Assembly (NCBI GenBank): GCA_044892525.1
Contig: CM097885.1
Coordinates: forward strand, 47,988,001-48,052,000
Origin: Schmidtea polychroa
Taxonomy: Eukaryota
Direction: 5' to 3'
DNA length: 64,000 nucleotides
In this document: positions 11,874 through 24,419 of the stretch, in pieces
Position numbering within the stretch: position 1 is the first letter of the stretch
Layout of the letters: each line of letters opens with the position of its first letter
Made by a program: the position numbers and the translations under genes
The notes under the pieces: model-generated
Told to the model about the DNA's origin: nothing
Databases searched by the model: none
What the model saw: only the letters and a program-made list of their open reading frames with translations

Positions 11874-14026
11874 TTTGTGGAGCTCTTCCGATTTCTCCTT
11901 AATGAGTTAGCGCTGAGAGTGACTCTCTTCGATTAGATTATCCCAGCAATGTGCGCTTCTCGCCAATTTTTTATGCCTTTCTTTCATCTGGGCGGGGACA
12001 AACCACATCCCATCTAGATGGTCTATCTTTCGTTTTAACAACCCAATTTCCGTCTACATTGCCTGAATTGCCATGTTCCTGTCAGAGCAAGAAAAACATG
12101 GTTGGATTGGTGACTTTGTAGTCAATCACTGTGTTTGTCATATATATTCGATTCCTCGTACAATATTTATTGCTACTCGTCTGAAACTCAGTCTACTTTT
12201 CATTTTTAATCCTTGGTGATCGACTTTCCATAACTGGTTCATTTATACCGTTTATAAAATTGCCTAACAGTGATGGACTCGCTGGAAGCCATCCAAATCG
12301 AAGTCCAATCAACTGAGTGATTGAAACACCAGTTGACCCATTGGATGAGAAGTCATGAGGGTCTCTTCAACCGTTGGCCAAACCAGGTCTCAACAACACT
12401 TTCCTCAAATCATAAAAATTGTTTGAAAATACTGGATAATAATGTTTGAAAATAAAATTGTGAATGGATTTATGCTTTTAAATATTTGAGACAAAAAGGT
12501 GAAGTTTAAAATTTTTTAAATAAATTTTACCAAATTACAAAGTTAACATAAATACACAAAACAATAATAAAAATTACTAAATACGTGCTGATTCGACGAA
12601 ACTGAATGAAATAAAGATTAAGCTGGAATATTTCAGGGCGTACTAAGAAATTTATAATTAAATTTCTCTAAAAGGCTGAGATGCTGGAATTCTAAATTTT
12701 AATAAAAGCGAAGTGTTAAAAATAAAAGTTTCTTACTTAAATTTTAATAAAAGTGAACAGTGAAAATGTCCTTTGAGAGGGACCCTTATAAAGTTTTTCG
12801 CTGTAATTTTCGACCAATCAGGATAGGATGTATGTGTTGATATTATTACATTTTTACTCAATTTTGCGATTTTAGTTATCGTTATTTTCTTTTCTTTTTT
12901 TTAAATTTAAATCATTGATTTTTTAATTATAATTATTTTTTTTGCTCGATCCCGATCGTTCGTTGGTTGCTCTTGTACACCATTCCGATTAGGTGTTTTC
13001 TGCAGTTCTATGTCTTTTTCTTAGCAAGCCATTAATTTTTTGTGCCTCCTACTTTATGTTTCGTGTGCTACTTCTTGTGGTTTTGAATATAACATTATTT
13101 TTGTTTATTTAATTTCCTCTTGTTATGTTGTTTATTTGGTTTAATTGGTGTTATTATCTTATTTAAACTTACTTATTGCTTTTTTATTTGTTATTTGGGT
13201 GTCTCAACTGACTTTTAACTGCTTTTCGCTTTTATTTATTTCTCTTTTTATTAAATCTCTTTACCCTTTACAAGAAAGTCTTATAAAGAAAATATGAAAA
13301 TTATTTAATTTTAGCCTCCAAACCAACAATTGTCTGTTATATATAATTTATCCTTCAAAGTAAATGTATGTCTTTTCTAAAGAAAAGGTCAATTTTAATG
13401 TGATATAGTGTTTCAGATCTCCTTCTTTCATTTATCTAAGTTTTTGTATCTTAAGTTTATCTTGTTCACACTGGATACTTGTTTTTGAAAATCCAAATAT
13501 TTTTGCTATATTCAAATCTTATAACGATACATGGAATGGTAAATAATATACAATATACAGAATATGGTAAATGGAACTCTCAATAATTAACTTTGATCCA
13601 GCGGTGACCTGTTTTTAAATTCTATTTAATTAAACTATATAGTGTGTATTTTACTTATATAATTAACTATAGAAATAGTCTTTGTCCTTGTGAGCCCATA
13701 GTATTAAAGTCGACTAATCAAACTATATAGAATATATATTAATTAAACTATATAGTATGTGTGTCTGATTTATATATATAAAATATGTCTTTGTCCTTGA
13801 GGGCCATGGTTTAAGTTGATTTGAAAAATAAATAAATTGGATTGACCTACATAAAAAATACTAGTTGACCTAAATAAAAAATTTAAGTAAAAAATTGTTT
13901 AGCTTAATATTTTTTCCGCAGCAGGAGGAGAAGAGATACTGTCCTGGAGGGGATAAATCCTACTACTCCCCATATCCACAAAAGTTCAGAAAAATGGCAA
14001 TGATTAAGAAAAATGGATTTTTACTC

Positions 14027-14246
14027 TTAGATTACCCTCCATATGGTCCCTCCATATAGGGCCCAGTGACTTTTATCTATTCAGGTATATGAAGAAATAT
14101 TTGTAAGGGAAAATATACCAAAATACTGCAGTTTTCGCAACAGGGTGTGAAAATTTTCTTGAAAAATAATACCCTTTCCCTTTTTGGAACTCTTGAATCG
14201 CTGGAGGAAGTGTGTGGACCACAATGTGTCTCATATTGAAAAATAA
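14027..14246 (+). pseudogene. Mariner (SETMAR-like) transposase C-terminal relic
   Basis: LDYPPYGP, SDFYLFRYMKKYL and RWRKCVDHNVSHIEK match the mariner YSPDLAPSDF..F and RW.KC motifs, with frameshifts. Confidence 0.75.
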
Positions 14247-17200
14247 AGCATATATATACTTGTCGTTCTTATGTTAAAATATACTATTCCTGTTGATTTT
14301 CTTTAGCACCTAGTTGCTTAAAAAATTATTTTGAATGATATCGAACACAATCATTTTATAGTCAGGGTTTTTTTTGGTGAAAACATTTATTTCCTTGACC
14401 AAGTTAGAATCTTATAATAATGTTATCCAACATAACAAAATTTTCAACACACAAGAAAGTTGTTACAAATTTTATAAAATTTATTGATTTTTTTATTATA
14501 AAAAATGTTATCCTGTGAAACTGACTATAAAAGATCGTTGATTTTTTTCTTATTTTATAGAAACTCATCTCATTATCAATAAACCTTACTATAAAAACAC
14601 ACAAACCTACCTCTATGTTAATGTTTCCTATTTCATTGAACAACATCTATAAATGAAACAAAATAATTTAATGATTTTTGGTTAATAATTTAATAATTTT
14701 GATAAATAATAATCACAGATGCCAAAACATTGTAATAAAACCTTGATATCATTTACAATATTTTGTCTAGTTAAAAAGTTGAAAACTGCTACTATTCGGC
14801 ATATAATTTGCGGTAAGTGACGCTTGACTGATTTTCATTAAACGGACACTATTTTGTTATAAAATAACTAATAAGAATTAATTATCAATTCTATTAATAA
14901 TTCTATTTGAATGACTTTTGTAAAGAATAAAATGATACCGAAAGACGGAGAATCAAATTTACATAATATGAATACAAACAGATAAAATATAAAGTCCATT
15001 CAGATGTGGTCTCTCCAGAGAAGTTGAATGCTATGCTAAATTCTGAATTACCTATCAATTGTTGGACCCCAACATGGGTCGTAAAATGTTCAAAAATCTA
15101 TGAAAGCCGGAGCGTTATCAAATCTCTGGAATATGCGATTTCTGTCAAATCAAATAAATGAAAATCTAGCCAATTGGACTGCACAATATTTTATGATTTT
15201 TTTCTATTCGTTTTATAATAAAAAATTATAAGATTTTTACTTATAAGTAAATTTTGATTGTTTTAATGGTTGCATTTTTAAAAATAAAAAATCTATTCTC
15301 CAATTTTTTTCAAGATCAGAGTTGTCATATTTGAAAACCTTTTGTCCAGAAAAAAACATACTCTTATAAGTTTGGAATTCCAACATAAATATTTTATCCT
15401 TCGAAGCACACAATAAAAGAAGAAACACATTAATAACTATATAAAATACTGTTGGCACCCAGGGATTGCCTTGCCGACTGAAATCAAGGTTAACTAGGGG
15501 CTGTATGTCAGTCCACCCTAGACGTCAAGATGAGTATGAACCTTAAGCCTTACTGCGTCCGTTACATATCCTTCTGTACGTCCCTTGTTACTATGGGCAG
15601 GTGAGCCTCGGTTCCATGATTACTCCCCATTGATGTCTTGTTAACCTTACTTTGCTACCTTTCTCTACTTGGGCATCCTATTTTATTTATTTTTACTCTA
15701 AATCAAATCATCGCACACCAAATTTAGCCAAACACAAAAGAAATTAAAAATTGAATATATTTATTAGCGGATTATTAACTATTTAAAAATTCGTGTAACA
15801 TACATTTATTTCCACCTCTAGAGTTCTTTCCTCCATTTTAATAATATCAACGGCTATAGTTCAGAAAAGTTTGTCATCTGGACAGAATTGGCAAAATGGT
15901 TCTTGTTTCAGCCTCTGTCTTCGACGGAAACACTTTTCTTAGCTTGGTTTTGATTTTCGTTTAGTAGTTGATGTTGGAGCGATATTGGTGATCTCTTTTC
16001 TCGCCGGGTGATTGGGAATTTCGCTAAATGCGATGGTGTTGCAAGTTTTGGCCATGTTTAGGTTAGAAATTCTTTGCTTCAGTTCTGTTTCTGTACACGT
16101 CGTCATCACTGCCTTGCTTTAATTATTTATCCGTAATCGTTGGACTCGATTTTCAGTAATCAGTCCATCTCTGGTCTTCGAACCAAAAATTTCTTTGGTT
16201 AGTTCCTGGACCTATAATGGCGGGAAGTATGTAACTTAGTTTTTGTCTAGCTCTGCTTATCTTTGTTGTACTTGATGTGTAAGTTTATCCGTATTGCGAG
16301 CGTTTAAGGTATAACATTTACATGTACTCAATTTGATTCTCTTGATAATTGATCGTGAAAATGGGGTAAAGACCTCTAGGGGTATAACACATCAGTTTCG
16401 GCTGAAATCTAGTTTACGGGTAAAATTTCAATCTCACTAAATCATGTAAAAGTTCCTATGTCTAAACCATATGTAAAGTAATCTCACAAGGGGTATACTG
16501 CATATGTTTAAGGCTGATGCTTTGCGATCTATGAAAAAAAATCAGACGAAATTTACGATTGTTTGAGTTTTGACAGTCATCAAGCCGGTTGGCACAATAA
16601 ATTCCTCCATTTTCAGTTAAGGTGTATTAATTATTATTTTCTCAGAATTGTGTGGTAAACTCAGGTTTTGTCTCAATGACCTTGAAGTTTATTTCAGAGA
16701 GGTTAGTATTATCTTGAGGAGCTGATAGAGCTTTTGTTTTAATTTCACAAGTTTGGAAAGGAAATATCAATCGTGAAAGAATGAAAACTTTGTAGGCCTT
16801 GAGTTTATGTCAACCATTAAATCCGGAATTCGCAATCTTGTTTACGTCACTGATATCCTTTTCAAGAATTCCATAAGAACTTTGATCATTATCATCGCCT
16901 ACTGGAACACCTAATTATTGGTAGAATTCTTTCGATAATAATTTATTGATCATTTTTCCATAAATAAAAGTTCCTTATTGATAATGGCATTCAATGAATA
17001 TATGAATATAATTTATATATAAAATAATATAAATTAAAATAAAGCGGCTTGTAGTGACACACAATTTTCACAAATTAAAATATGAATGCTAATGAAATAA
17101 CGGAAACATGAATAAATATTGGACAAATCAATTCAGCACATTTATAATTTTTCATTTCCAAAGAAATTGTGATTCCATCTTCCAATTCGAAAATTTATTT

Positions 17201-17642
17201 TAAGACCTTATGACTCGAAATCCATCGCACTTACTATAATAAAATAGATCTGCGTATTCACGTTCTAGATCTTCCAAAAATGAAGCAAATAAAGAGGAAT
17301 ATAGAAAAGTTAAAGCATTTTAAAGAAGGGGGATGTAAGGAGTTAGTATACCCCTATATAAGATTATTATGGTTAAATGGTAGAAGTGAGATCAGTTAGT
17401 AGAAATAATTATTTCTGTTAAATTTTTATATTTAAATTCTATATTAAATTATATCATATTATATTAAATTATATTAAATTAAATCAATTAAATGTATGAC
17501 TAGTAATTACATTAATATTAATAATTATCACGCCTCGGTGTTTAAATACCTAGTAAACGAGACAGTTTTGAAGTTGTTATAAAAAATAAATGCTTGAAGA
17601 AGATTTGAATTTAATTGCGTCTAACAATTAGAATTAAAATTC

Positions 17643-17695
17643 GGCTGGGTGTGGCGGTGCGCGTCTGTAACTCAACATTGTGGGAGCCGGATTTG
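17643..17695 (+). ncRNA. Partial copy (Alu 5' domain only) of the 7SL-derived element
   Basis: ggctgggtgtggcggtgcgcgtctgtaactcaacattgtgggagccggatttg, truncated after the Alu domain. Confidence 0.6.
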
Positions 17696-17815
17696 AATTA
17701 TGTTATGTTATGAATTAATTGACTTGTTAAAATATTATATTGGAATTAGCTACTGACTGTTATCAGTAGAAAGCGTATAAAATTAGTTAATTAAGCATTA
17801 TTAGAATTAGAGATC

Positions 17816-17990
17816 GGCTGGGCGTGGTGGTGCGCGTCTGTAACTCAACATCGTGGGAGCCGGATTTGGGGTTTGGTCTCGCTTTAGCCACCGGCATCCA
17901 TTTAGAACAAAGAGTTCGTGTGGAAGCTTGATACGAACTCTGAAGTTCTGTGGATGCCAGTGGCTAAAGCGAGCTATACTTAAATCTTTT
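17816..17990 (+). ncRNA. 7SL/SRP-derived Alu-like RNA or SINE-like element (175 nt, S domain absent)
   Basis: The 5' end ggctgggcgtggtggtgcgcgtctgtaactcaacatcgtgggagccgg aligns with the SRP RNA 5' end (GCCGGGCGCGGTGGCGCGTGCCTGTAGTCCCAGCTACTCGGGAGGC), including UGUNR. It is followed by a long hairpin (tcgctttagccaccggcatcca pairs with tggatgccagtggctaaagcga) and tttt. Confidence 0.7.
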
Positions 17991-18379
17991 GTAGATTATT
18001 ACAAAGATTGTTGTCAAATTTTATACAAATATTATACAAAATGAAGAATTAAACTTTTCTTTGATAGAAGGTTTTGTCTAAAATGAAAATTAATAATAAA
18101 TAGTTTTTATACATTCGTTTGTAATTAAATTTTGCAAGTTGTTTTAATATATTTTTCATAATTTTCAGTAAAATATTTATCAACATGAAACTTTTGGATT
18201 TTATCAACAAATTTTATAAAGAAATTTTCTATTAATATATCTATTATAATAATTTTAATGAAAAAAATAGAATACACAATGAAAATATTTTGCGGAGTCA
18301 CATCTACAGCTGCGATCCAATACGGTTCATGCTAACCTGATCTACAAATATCATTTCAATTTGATCAAAATAAGCTGTA

Positions 18380-18760
18380 ACTGGTAAATCATTCAATGCG
18401 CCGTGAATTTCTTTTGGAATATCTATTTCAGTTGCCAATGTAGAGCCATATGTAAGTGAACAAGATACAAAGTCTTGCATTCTTCTAGAATTTTATCAAG
18501 ATTTTCATAGACCCATTCAAAATCTCCATGAGGTAGACTTTGACTTAGAACCCAGCAATACAGGTCGTTGATATTAATAAATAATAACTCTGTATTTTCA
18601 TCCATCTTTGCACAATGTTTGTTGATAAATGTTATTATTACCCATATATAAGGCTGGAGTCATACTGCATACTCTGTTTTAATAATGATCTGATGATATA
18701 AAAATATTTTCTTCAGAAAAAGTTTATATCTTGACGAGATCATTATATTTGTAAAAGATT
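18380..18760 (-). pseudogene. Polinton PolB fragment (motif A region)
   Basis: ININDLYCWVLSQSLPHGDFEWV (cf. LDANNLYGWAMSQPLP..F.W) followed by TEIDIPKEIHGALNDLPV (cf. VDLEYPKELHD.HNDLPL). Confidence 0.65.
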
Positions 18761-20629
18761 CAAACGATCAAACAATAAAAAGCTAGAGTGTCGACTTTGT
18801 GTAGTGTTGAGGATACCTAAATAACAATTTATAAATAAATAATTAAAATTACTTGGCGAAAGATCGTCATGACAAACGGGACGATCTATGGGAACTCAGA
18901 AAAGAAAACGGAAGTAAAAAGAAATGAGAAAGAGGAATGAAACAAAAGAAATCAGACATGAAAGGAAAAACAAAGGTCAGCACTAATTAATTAGTACAAA
19001 AAGAGAAAAGGAATTTTGAAATCGGGAAAATAGAAAATTAACAATATTCTTATCTCGACAGCTTGTCAGAAATAAGAGAAACAAAACAAAAACAGGCCGG
19101 AGCCGCAAAAGAAAAAATTAGAAAATATTGCGACAGCTGTCAAAGATAACTCGGTCGCAGGGACAACTGGGAAATCATGTGGGAGAAAAAAATGTGGAAT
19201 TGAAGATAAACTGAATTGCCACAAATTGACGAAGTATAAAAGAAGGTGGCACAGCAGAAGTAAGCAGAAACTATAGAGAAGACATTTTAGAAAATTATGA
19301 GAACGTGGAAGAATTGTATTAGCCAACAGTTTCCGGAAACCATTGAGGGACCAATTTAGAAGAAAATTTGAATAAAACTGAAGCAGAGAATTAAAGAGAA
19401 AACAGAACTAAAAGGAAGCAGCAGAGTTATTTAGTTGATAATATAAAGTTAGGCGAGTAAACCAAGTCAAAAAGAGAAAACAACCAGTTAACATTACCAA
19501 TTATTACACTCAGTTGTGAGATATTCGTCAGATCAAGGTTATACGAGAGTGCTATTCCTCACCATAGTGTTGTAATAAGCACGGTATAATACTTAGCTTG
19601 TTGAGTCATTTGTATCATTGTGAAAATATTTGTGATATTCAATAAAGTTTCCAGTGTTAATTGTTATTTGTATTTGTCAAAGCCACGCTTGGAGTCAGAG
19701 TAAGAATTCTAATTTTATCACCAACTCAATAACCGAACAGTAGCATTAGCAATTTGTACTATTATGCACGTGCAAATCTATATCACCATTTTCTTATTGT
19801 AAATAAAATTATTTGACTATGGTGCTCTAACTATATTCAGAAAAATAATTTAAGGCGTACTATAGTCAGAATTTGCACTTAAAAATATTACTATGGGGAT
19901 GCGCGATAACTCATTTTGAGACAATGGGGTCACATTTATCCACTTGTATACAAATATATACACGTTTCACTGCATCAAGAAAAGCAGTCCTCCTGTTTTC
20001 TTTGTGTTAATATTAAATTTCATTTAAAATCCCGTGTAATTGCGATATGATACGTCTCGATGGCAATATCGTGATTATTTGCAGTTTATCAAAGCATTTA
20101 TTTCGATTATCTCACATGTTTGTTTACACCTATTACATTGAAATACGTACCAAACGAGTGTGGAACCTCCAAAAAAAGTTCCACATCATTAAAAAAAATT
20201 AAAATATGAATGCTAATGAAATAACGGAAACATGAATAAATATTGGACAAATCAATTCAGCACATTTATAATTTTTCATTTCCAAAGAAATTGTGATTCC
20301 ATCTACTAATTCGAAAAATTATATTAAGACCTTATGACTCGAAATCCATCGCACTTACGTATAATAGAATAGATCTGCGTATTCACGTTCTAGATCTTCC
20401 AAAAATGAAGCAAATTGTCGATGAAAACGTCTTCGTACTTGAACTAAGCGACGTAGCTACCTAGCAGCGAGGTAATAATGTTTTGCACTATTTTGGAATT
20501 ATTTGTCACTACTATATTATGTTATGAATTAATTGACTTGTTAAAATATTATATTGGAATTAGCTACTGACTGTTATCAGTAGAAAGCGTATAAAATTAG
20601 TTAATTAAGCATTATTAGAATTAGAGATC

Positions 20630-20810
20630 GGCTGGGCGTGGTGGTGCGCGTCTGTAACTCAACAACTTGGATGCAGGTTTTGGTGTTTGGTTTCACTTTT
20701 GCCACCAGCCTCCATTTAGAGAATCAAAGAGTTCTTATGGAAAGCTTGATACGAACTCTTTGAAGTTCTATGAATTCCAGTAGCCAAAGCGAGCTATACT
20801 TAAATCTTTT
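20630..20810 (+). ncRNA. Diverged copy of the 7SL-derived element
   Basis: Same 5' Alu-like head, upstream flank and 3' end; the hairpin carries many substitutions. Confidence 0.6.
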
Positions 20811-20982
20811 GTAGATTATTACTTTGTTAATATTATATAAAAGGAAGAATTATAATCTTTTGAGCATAAAGTTTTTGTATAAAATGAAAATTAATATTCA
20901 AAATTGTAAGCGCATATAAATTTTACATAGTCATAATTATTAGGGTAATTAAAATTTTCAAGAGTGAATAATTGAGCATTCC

Positions 20983-21229
20983 TAAGGTGACCAGACGTCC
21001 AGCTTTGGGCGGGACAGTCCCCATTTTTCACGATTTATCCCGCGTCAAAATGAATAAAAAATATGTCAAGAAATAAATTATTATACAATTTGTTATTTTT
21101 ATAAATTGTACTTATGTTAAAAATCAAAAAATATTACCATATTATTTTTATTCTATATGAAAATTTTTGTTGATACCCCCTTCCTTCAAAGTTGTACCGC
21201 TTTGCCCATCTAAAAATCTGGTCACGTTA
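20983..21229. mobile_element. hAT MITE
   Basis: TIRs taaggtgaccaga / tctggtcacgtta; 8-bp TSD agcattcc / ggcattcc (7/8 match). Confidence 0.8.
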
Positions 21230-21764
21230 GGCATTCCATTAAACCGAAGATTCCATTTAATTCAATATTATCCAATTAAGAGCAGTTTGTTTGTTAATCG
21301 GTTTGTTCCTGTTTCAAAGATAGGATCAATAAAATAAGATAAAAAAATTATTTGAAGGTTCAAATCTTAGTATGGGTGAGTTTTTTATTTTTTCAAAAAA
21401 TTAATTTTTTACATTTATTTTTAGTAGAATATGAATCAGCATACTTTGTTTGCTCTAAATTTAAAATTTCATAAAATTTGGTCAAGGATTTGTCATTTTA
21501 GGATATCATGATATGAAAATCCTAGTATCGCACCCGTTGTTGTTCTCGAAATACCGCAGTTGAAGATTTTTTCTTTCATTATTATTTATGAATATAATTA
21601 AAGTAAAATAATAAACTTCATGAAACTGGTTAATCAGTAGGCTAATACACTTTTTATGGTATCGTAGATCTATTAAAATTGATAAATTTCTTCTTCTTAA
21701 AATATTTTTCACTAAAAATATTTTTAAAATTTTTACCAAATTTCTAATTAATCTTTAAGAATCT

Positions 21765-23570
21765 TTAAACTTCCCCCAGCTTAAGAAATTTTTTAAGTTT
21801 TTCCACGTTTCTTTCAATCTTTTTACCATTCTCGTTTCTTAAGATATATCGTCTGTCATGCACTTTCTCGATTACTTTATATGGTCCCTCATATCTGTAC
21901 TGGCTTTTGTTGCGTGTTTCTAATTTTACTAACACATCATCTCCTACGTCAAATTTCCTCCTTGTTTGTTCTTCTTGTTCTTCCTTTACTTGTTTTTCTT
22001 TTGACCCGTACCATTTCTCCCTGCTAATCTTTTTTCCAAAAACTATCTCTGCCGGGCTTATGCCTGTCGTTTTTTGTTTGGTTGCATTTAATGTAAATTC
22101 GACTTCTGGCAGTATCTCTGCCCAATCCGTCTTCCTTCTGTCTCGTAAAGTAGCATTTATCAGTTCTCGTATTGTCCTGAATTGCCTTTCTATCTGTCCA
22201 TTTGTTTGGTGATGGTATGGACTCGAAAAACATAACTTAATATCAAGTTTCTTTGTGAATTCTCTCAACATTCCTGATCCATACGCAATTACTCTCTCCT
22301 TTCCATCTTTATCTCTTTGCGAAAGCACTGCTCCAATGGTATCAAAACTGGCATCAATATCTAAAATGAACACCTTTCTCAGATCTGGAAAGCATAGAAT
22401 CGGTGCCATTGTGACTGCTAACTTCATTCCCTCGAATACGTTATTCGTTCCTTCAGTCCATTCCAGTTTTTTGTTACTCGGACCGCTACATAATTGTTCT
22501 AACATCAATGATTTCTTTGCATACTCACTGATGAATCTTCTATAATAATTACAAATGCCTAGAAAGCTTCGAAGTTTCTTTACGCAACTTGGCTTCCCAA
22601 AGTTTTGTATAGCCTGAATCTTAGAAGGATCGGTTTTTACTCCTTCTTTACTGATTATGTGTCCTAAGAATCTGATTTCATTCTTTATTATTTGACACTT
22701 TTCTGGGTTAATCTTTAGTCTTGTTTCATCGATCGCTTTTAATACTTCACTGAGTATTGTATAATGTTTTTCTTTACTATTCGAATAAATCAGAATGTCA
22801 TCCAAATAGACCATTGCTCCATTTATTTTGCCTATTACTTTTGTCATCATTTCCTGGAACGTACCTGGTGCTACAGCGATTCCGAACGGCATTCTATTGA
22901 AACAGTATTGCCCTTTCTTTGTTAAGAATGCTGTTTTCTCTTGCGATTCTTTGTCTAACTCCACTTGTTAATATGCATTACCAAGATCGATTGAGCTAAA
23001 ATAAACGGACCCTCCTAACACATCTAACATCTCGTCTATGTTTGGCATTGGAAATGCCTGCCTCTCTGTTACTGCATTCAGCTGTCTGAAATCCAAGAAT
23101 AGCCTAATATCTTTTTTCTCTTTTTTCCATACGCAGATTAACGGCGTGTTCCATGGAGAGTTGCATTTCCGTATAATCCAGTTTTCGTACAAATTTTGTA
23201 TTGCTTCTTCAATTGTTGTTTCGAAATTCAATGGTTGACGATATGATTTTATGTTTATCGGTTCACCTCTTGTAATTATCTTATGTTTTACTAAATGCGT
23301 ACGACCCACATCCCATTTATCCGCCATAAACACGTTTCCACTGTTCGTTATTATTTCCTTTAATTTACTATCTTCATCAATCTTTAAATGTTCCAACGCT
23401 TGCGTCAATCTTTCTCCATCTTTTATTTGTCTGCCGATTTTTGCTTCAATGTTACAAATATAGTTCTTGTCTTTTTCACTAGATTCGATATCTTTCTTTT
23501 TTGTCAGCCTATATCCAAATGCTTCTTGTAATTCTACTCCAATCACCTCTGGTGTCACTTTCTCCGCCAC
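21765..23570 (-). mobile_element. Ty3/gypsy LTR retrotransposon pol remnant (RT, truncated RNase H, integrase C-terminal part), no LTRs seen
   Basis: ORFs 22968-23570 and 21765-22964 contain LDFRQLN, FNRMPFG, YLDDILIYS, DIDASFDTIGAVLSQ and SSPYHHQTNGQIER; purine tract aagctgggggaag at the 3' end. Confidence 0.92.
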
Positions 23571-23694
23571 AATGAATCTAACTTCCTTAGAAATATCTCC
23601 GATAGTTACTTTAACCTTTGTTCTTCAAATTGTCTCTATCGTACTTTTGTTTGCACATCGTAACTTATCGTCGCTTTTGAAGCAGAAGACACCA

Positions 23695-24161
23695 TATGCG
23701 AATTATTCTCACCCATTCTGAACTTCCAGAACTTAGACGATAGTCAACTTACCGCAAATGCATCAAAGCTTGCAAAAACATATGAGACAGATCTGTCAGA
23801 AGACTTACTTCACGAAATCCTTCACCTTAAAAGTATTCACAAAACAGCTTTCAGAACTGAAAGAAGTCCAATTAAACTTCTGAATGCAATTTATGACAAT
23901 AAACTGCAAGGTATATTTATTAATATCTGCCTCGCCATTAAACTGTTTTGTACCGTACCAGTTACGGTTTCTTCAGCTGAAAGATCATTCAGCAGGCTGG
24001 CAAATTCATTAAAAACATGGCAAAGAAGCACAACTAGTCAAGATCGACTCAATCATCTAGCAATTTTAAGTATCGAAAATGATTTAGCAAAGAAAGTTGA
24101 TTTTAATGATGTCATTGAAAAATTTGCATTGACAAAAGCTAGAAAATATAGTCTACTTTGA
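23695..24161 (+). pseudogene. hAT (ZMYM1-like) transposase C-terminal dimerisation fragment
   Basis: Hand translation gives ...LFCTVPVTVSSAERSFSRLANSLKTWQRSTTSQDRLNHLAILSIENDLAKKVDFNDVIEKFALTKARK..* (no start codon, so absent from the ORF track). Confidence 0.85.
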
Positions 24162-24419
24162 GATAATTTTTGATATTATTGTAAGTTTTTACCATAGTCT
24201 ATCTTTTTATAAAATGTAAAGCTAAAAACTGCAGTTTTATTTTTAATAAATTTTTAATGTTACTTTCTTGCCATCATTAAATCCGCCCTATTTTATCCTA
24301 ATTCCTGTAGAGCATCAAACGGTATATAGTTTTGAGGCCCGCCGAAAATCCTGGCATGGGGGTTCACTTTAATAAATATTTAATAAACATGAACAAAAAA
24401 ATTAACTCATATCAGACGG

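Noticed and set aside
14404-15458. Host gene exons from ORFs 14404-14646 and 15237-15458
   Set aside because: F/I/K/N-biased peptides typical of AT-rich noise; no domain and no consistent splice chain.
17816-17990. Human Alu contamination or a full-length SRP RNA gene
   Set aside because: Too diverged from Alu, no dimeric body or A-tail, and embedded in shared AT-rich flanks. At 175 nt and without helix 6/8 motifs it is not a complete 7SL.
18770-19740. Intact LTR retrotransposon 5' end or solo LTR pair
   Set aside because: A tggcg PBS-like site and a lysine-rich broken frame exist, but no matching LTR pair or TSD was found; at most an old relic.
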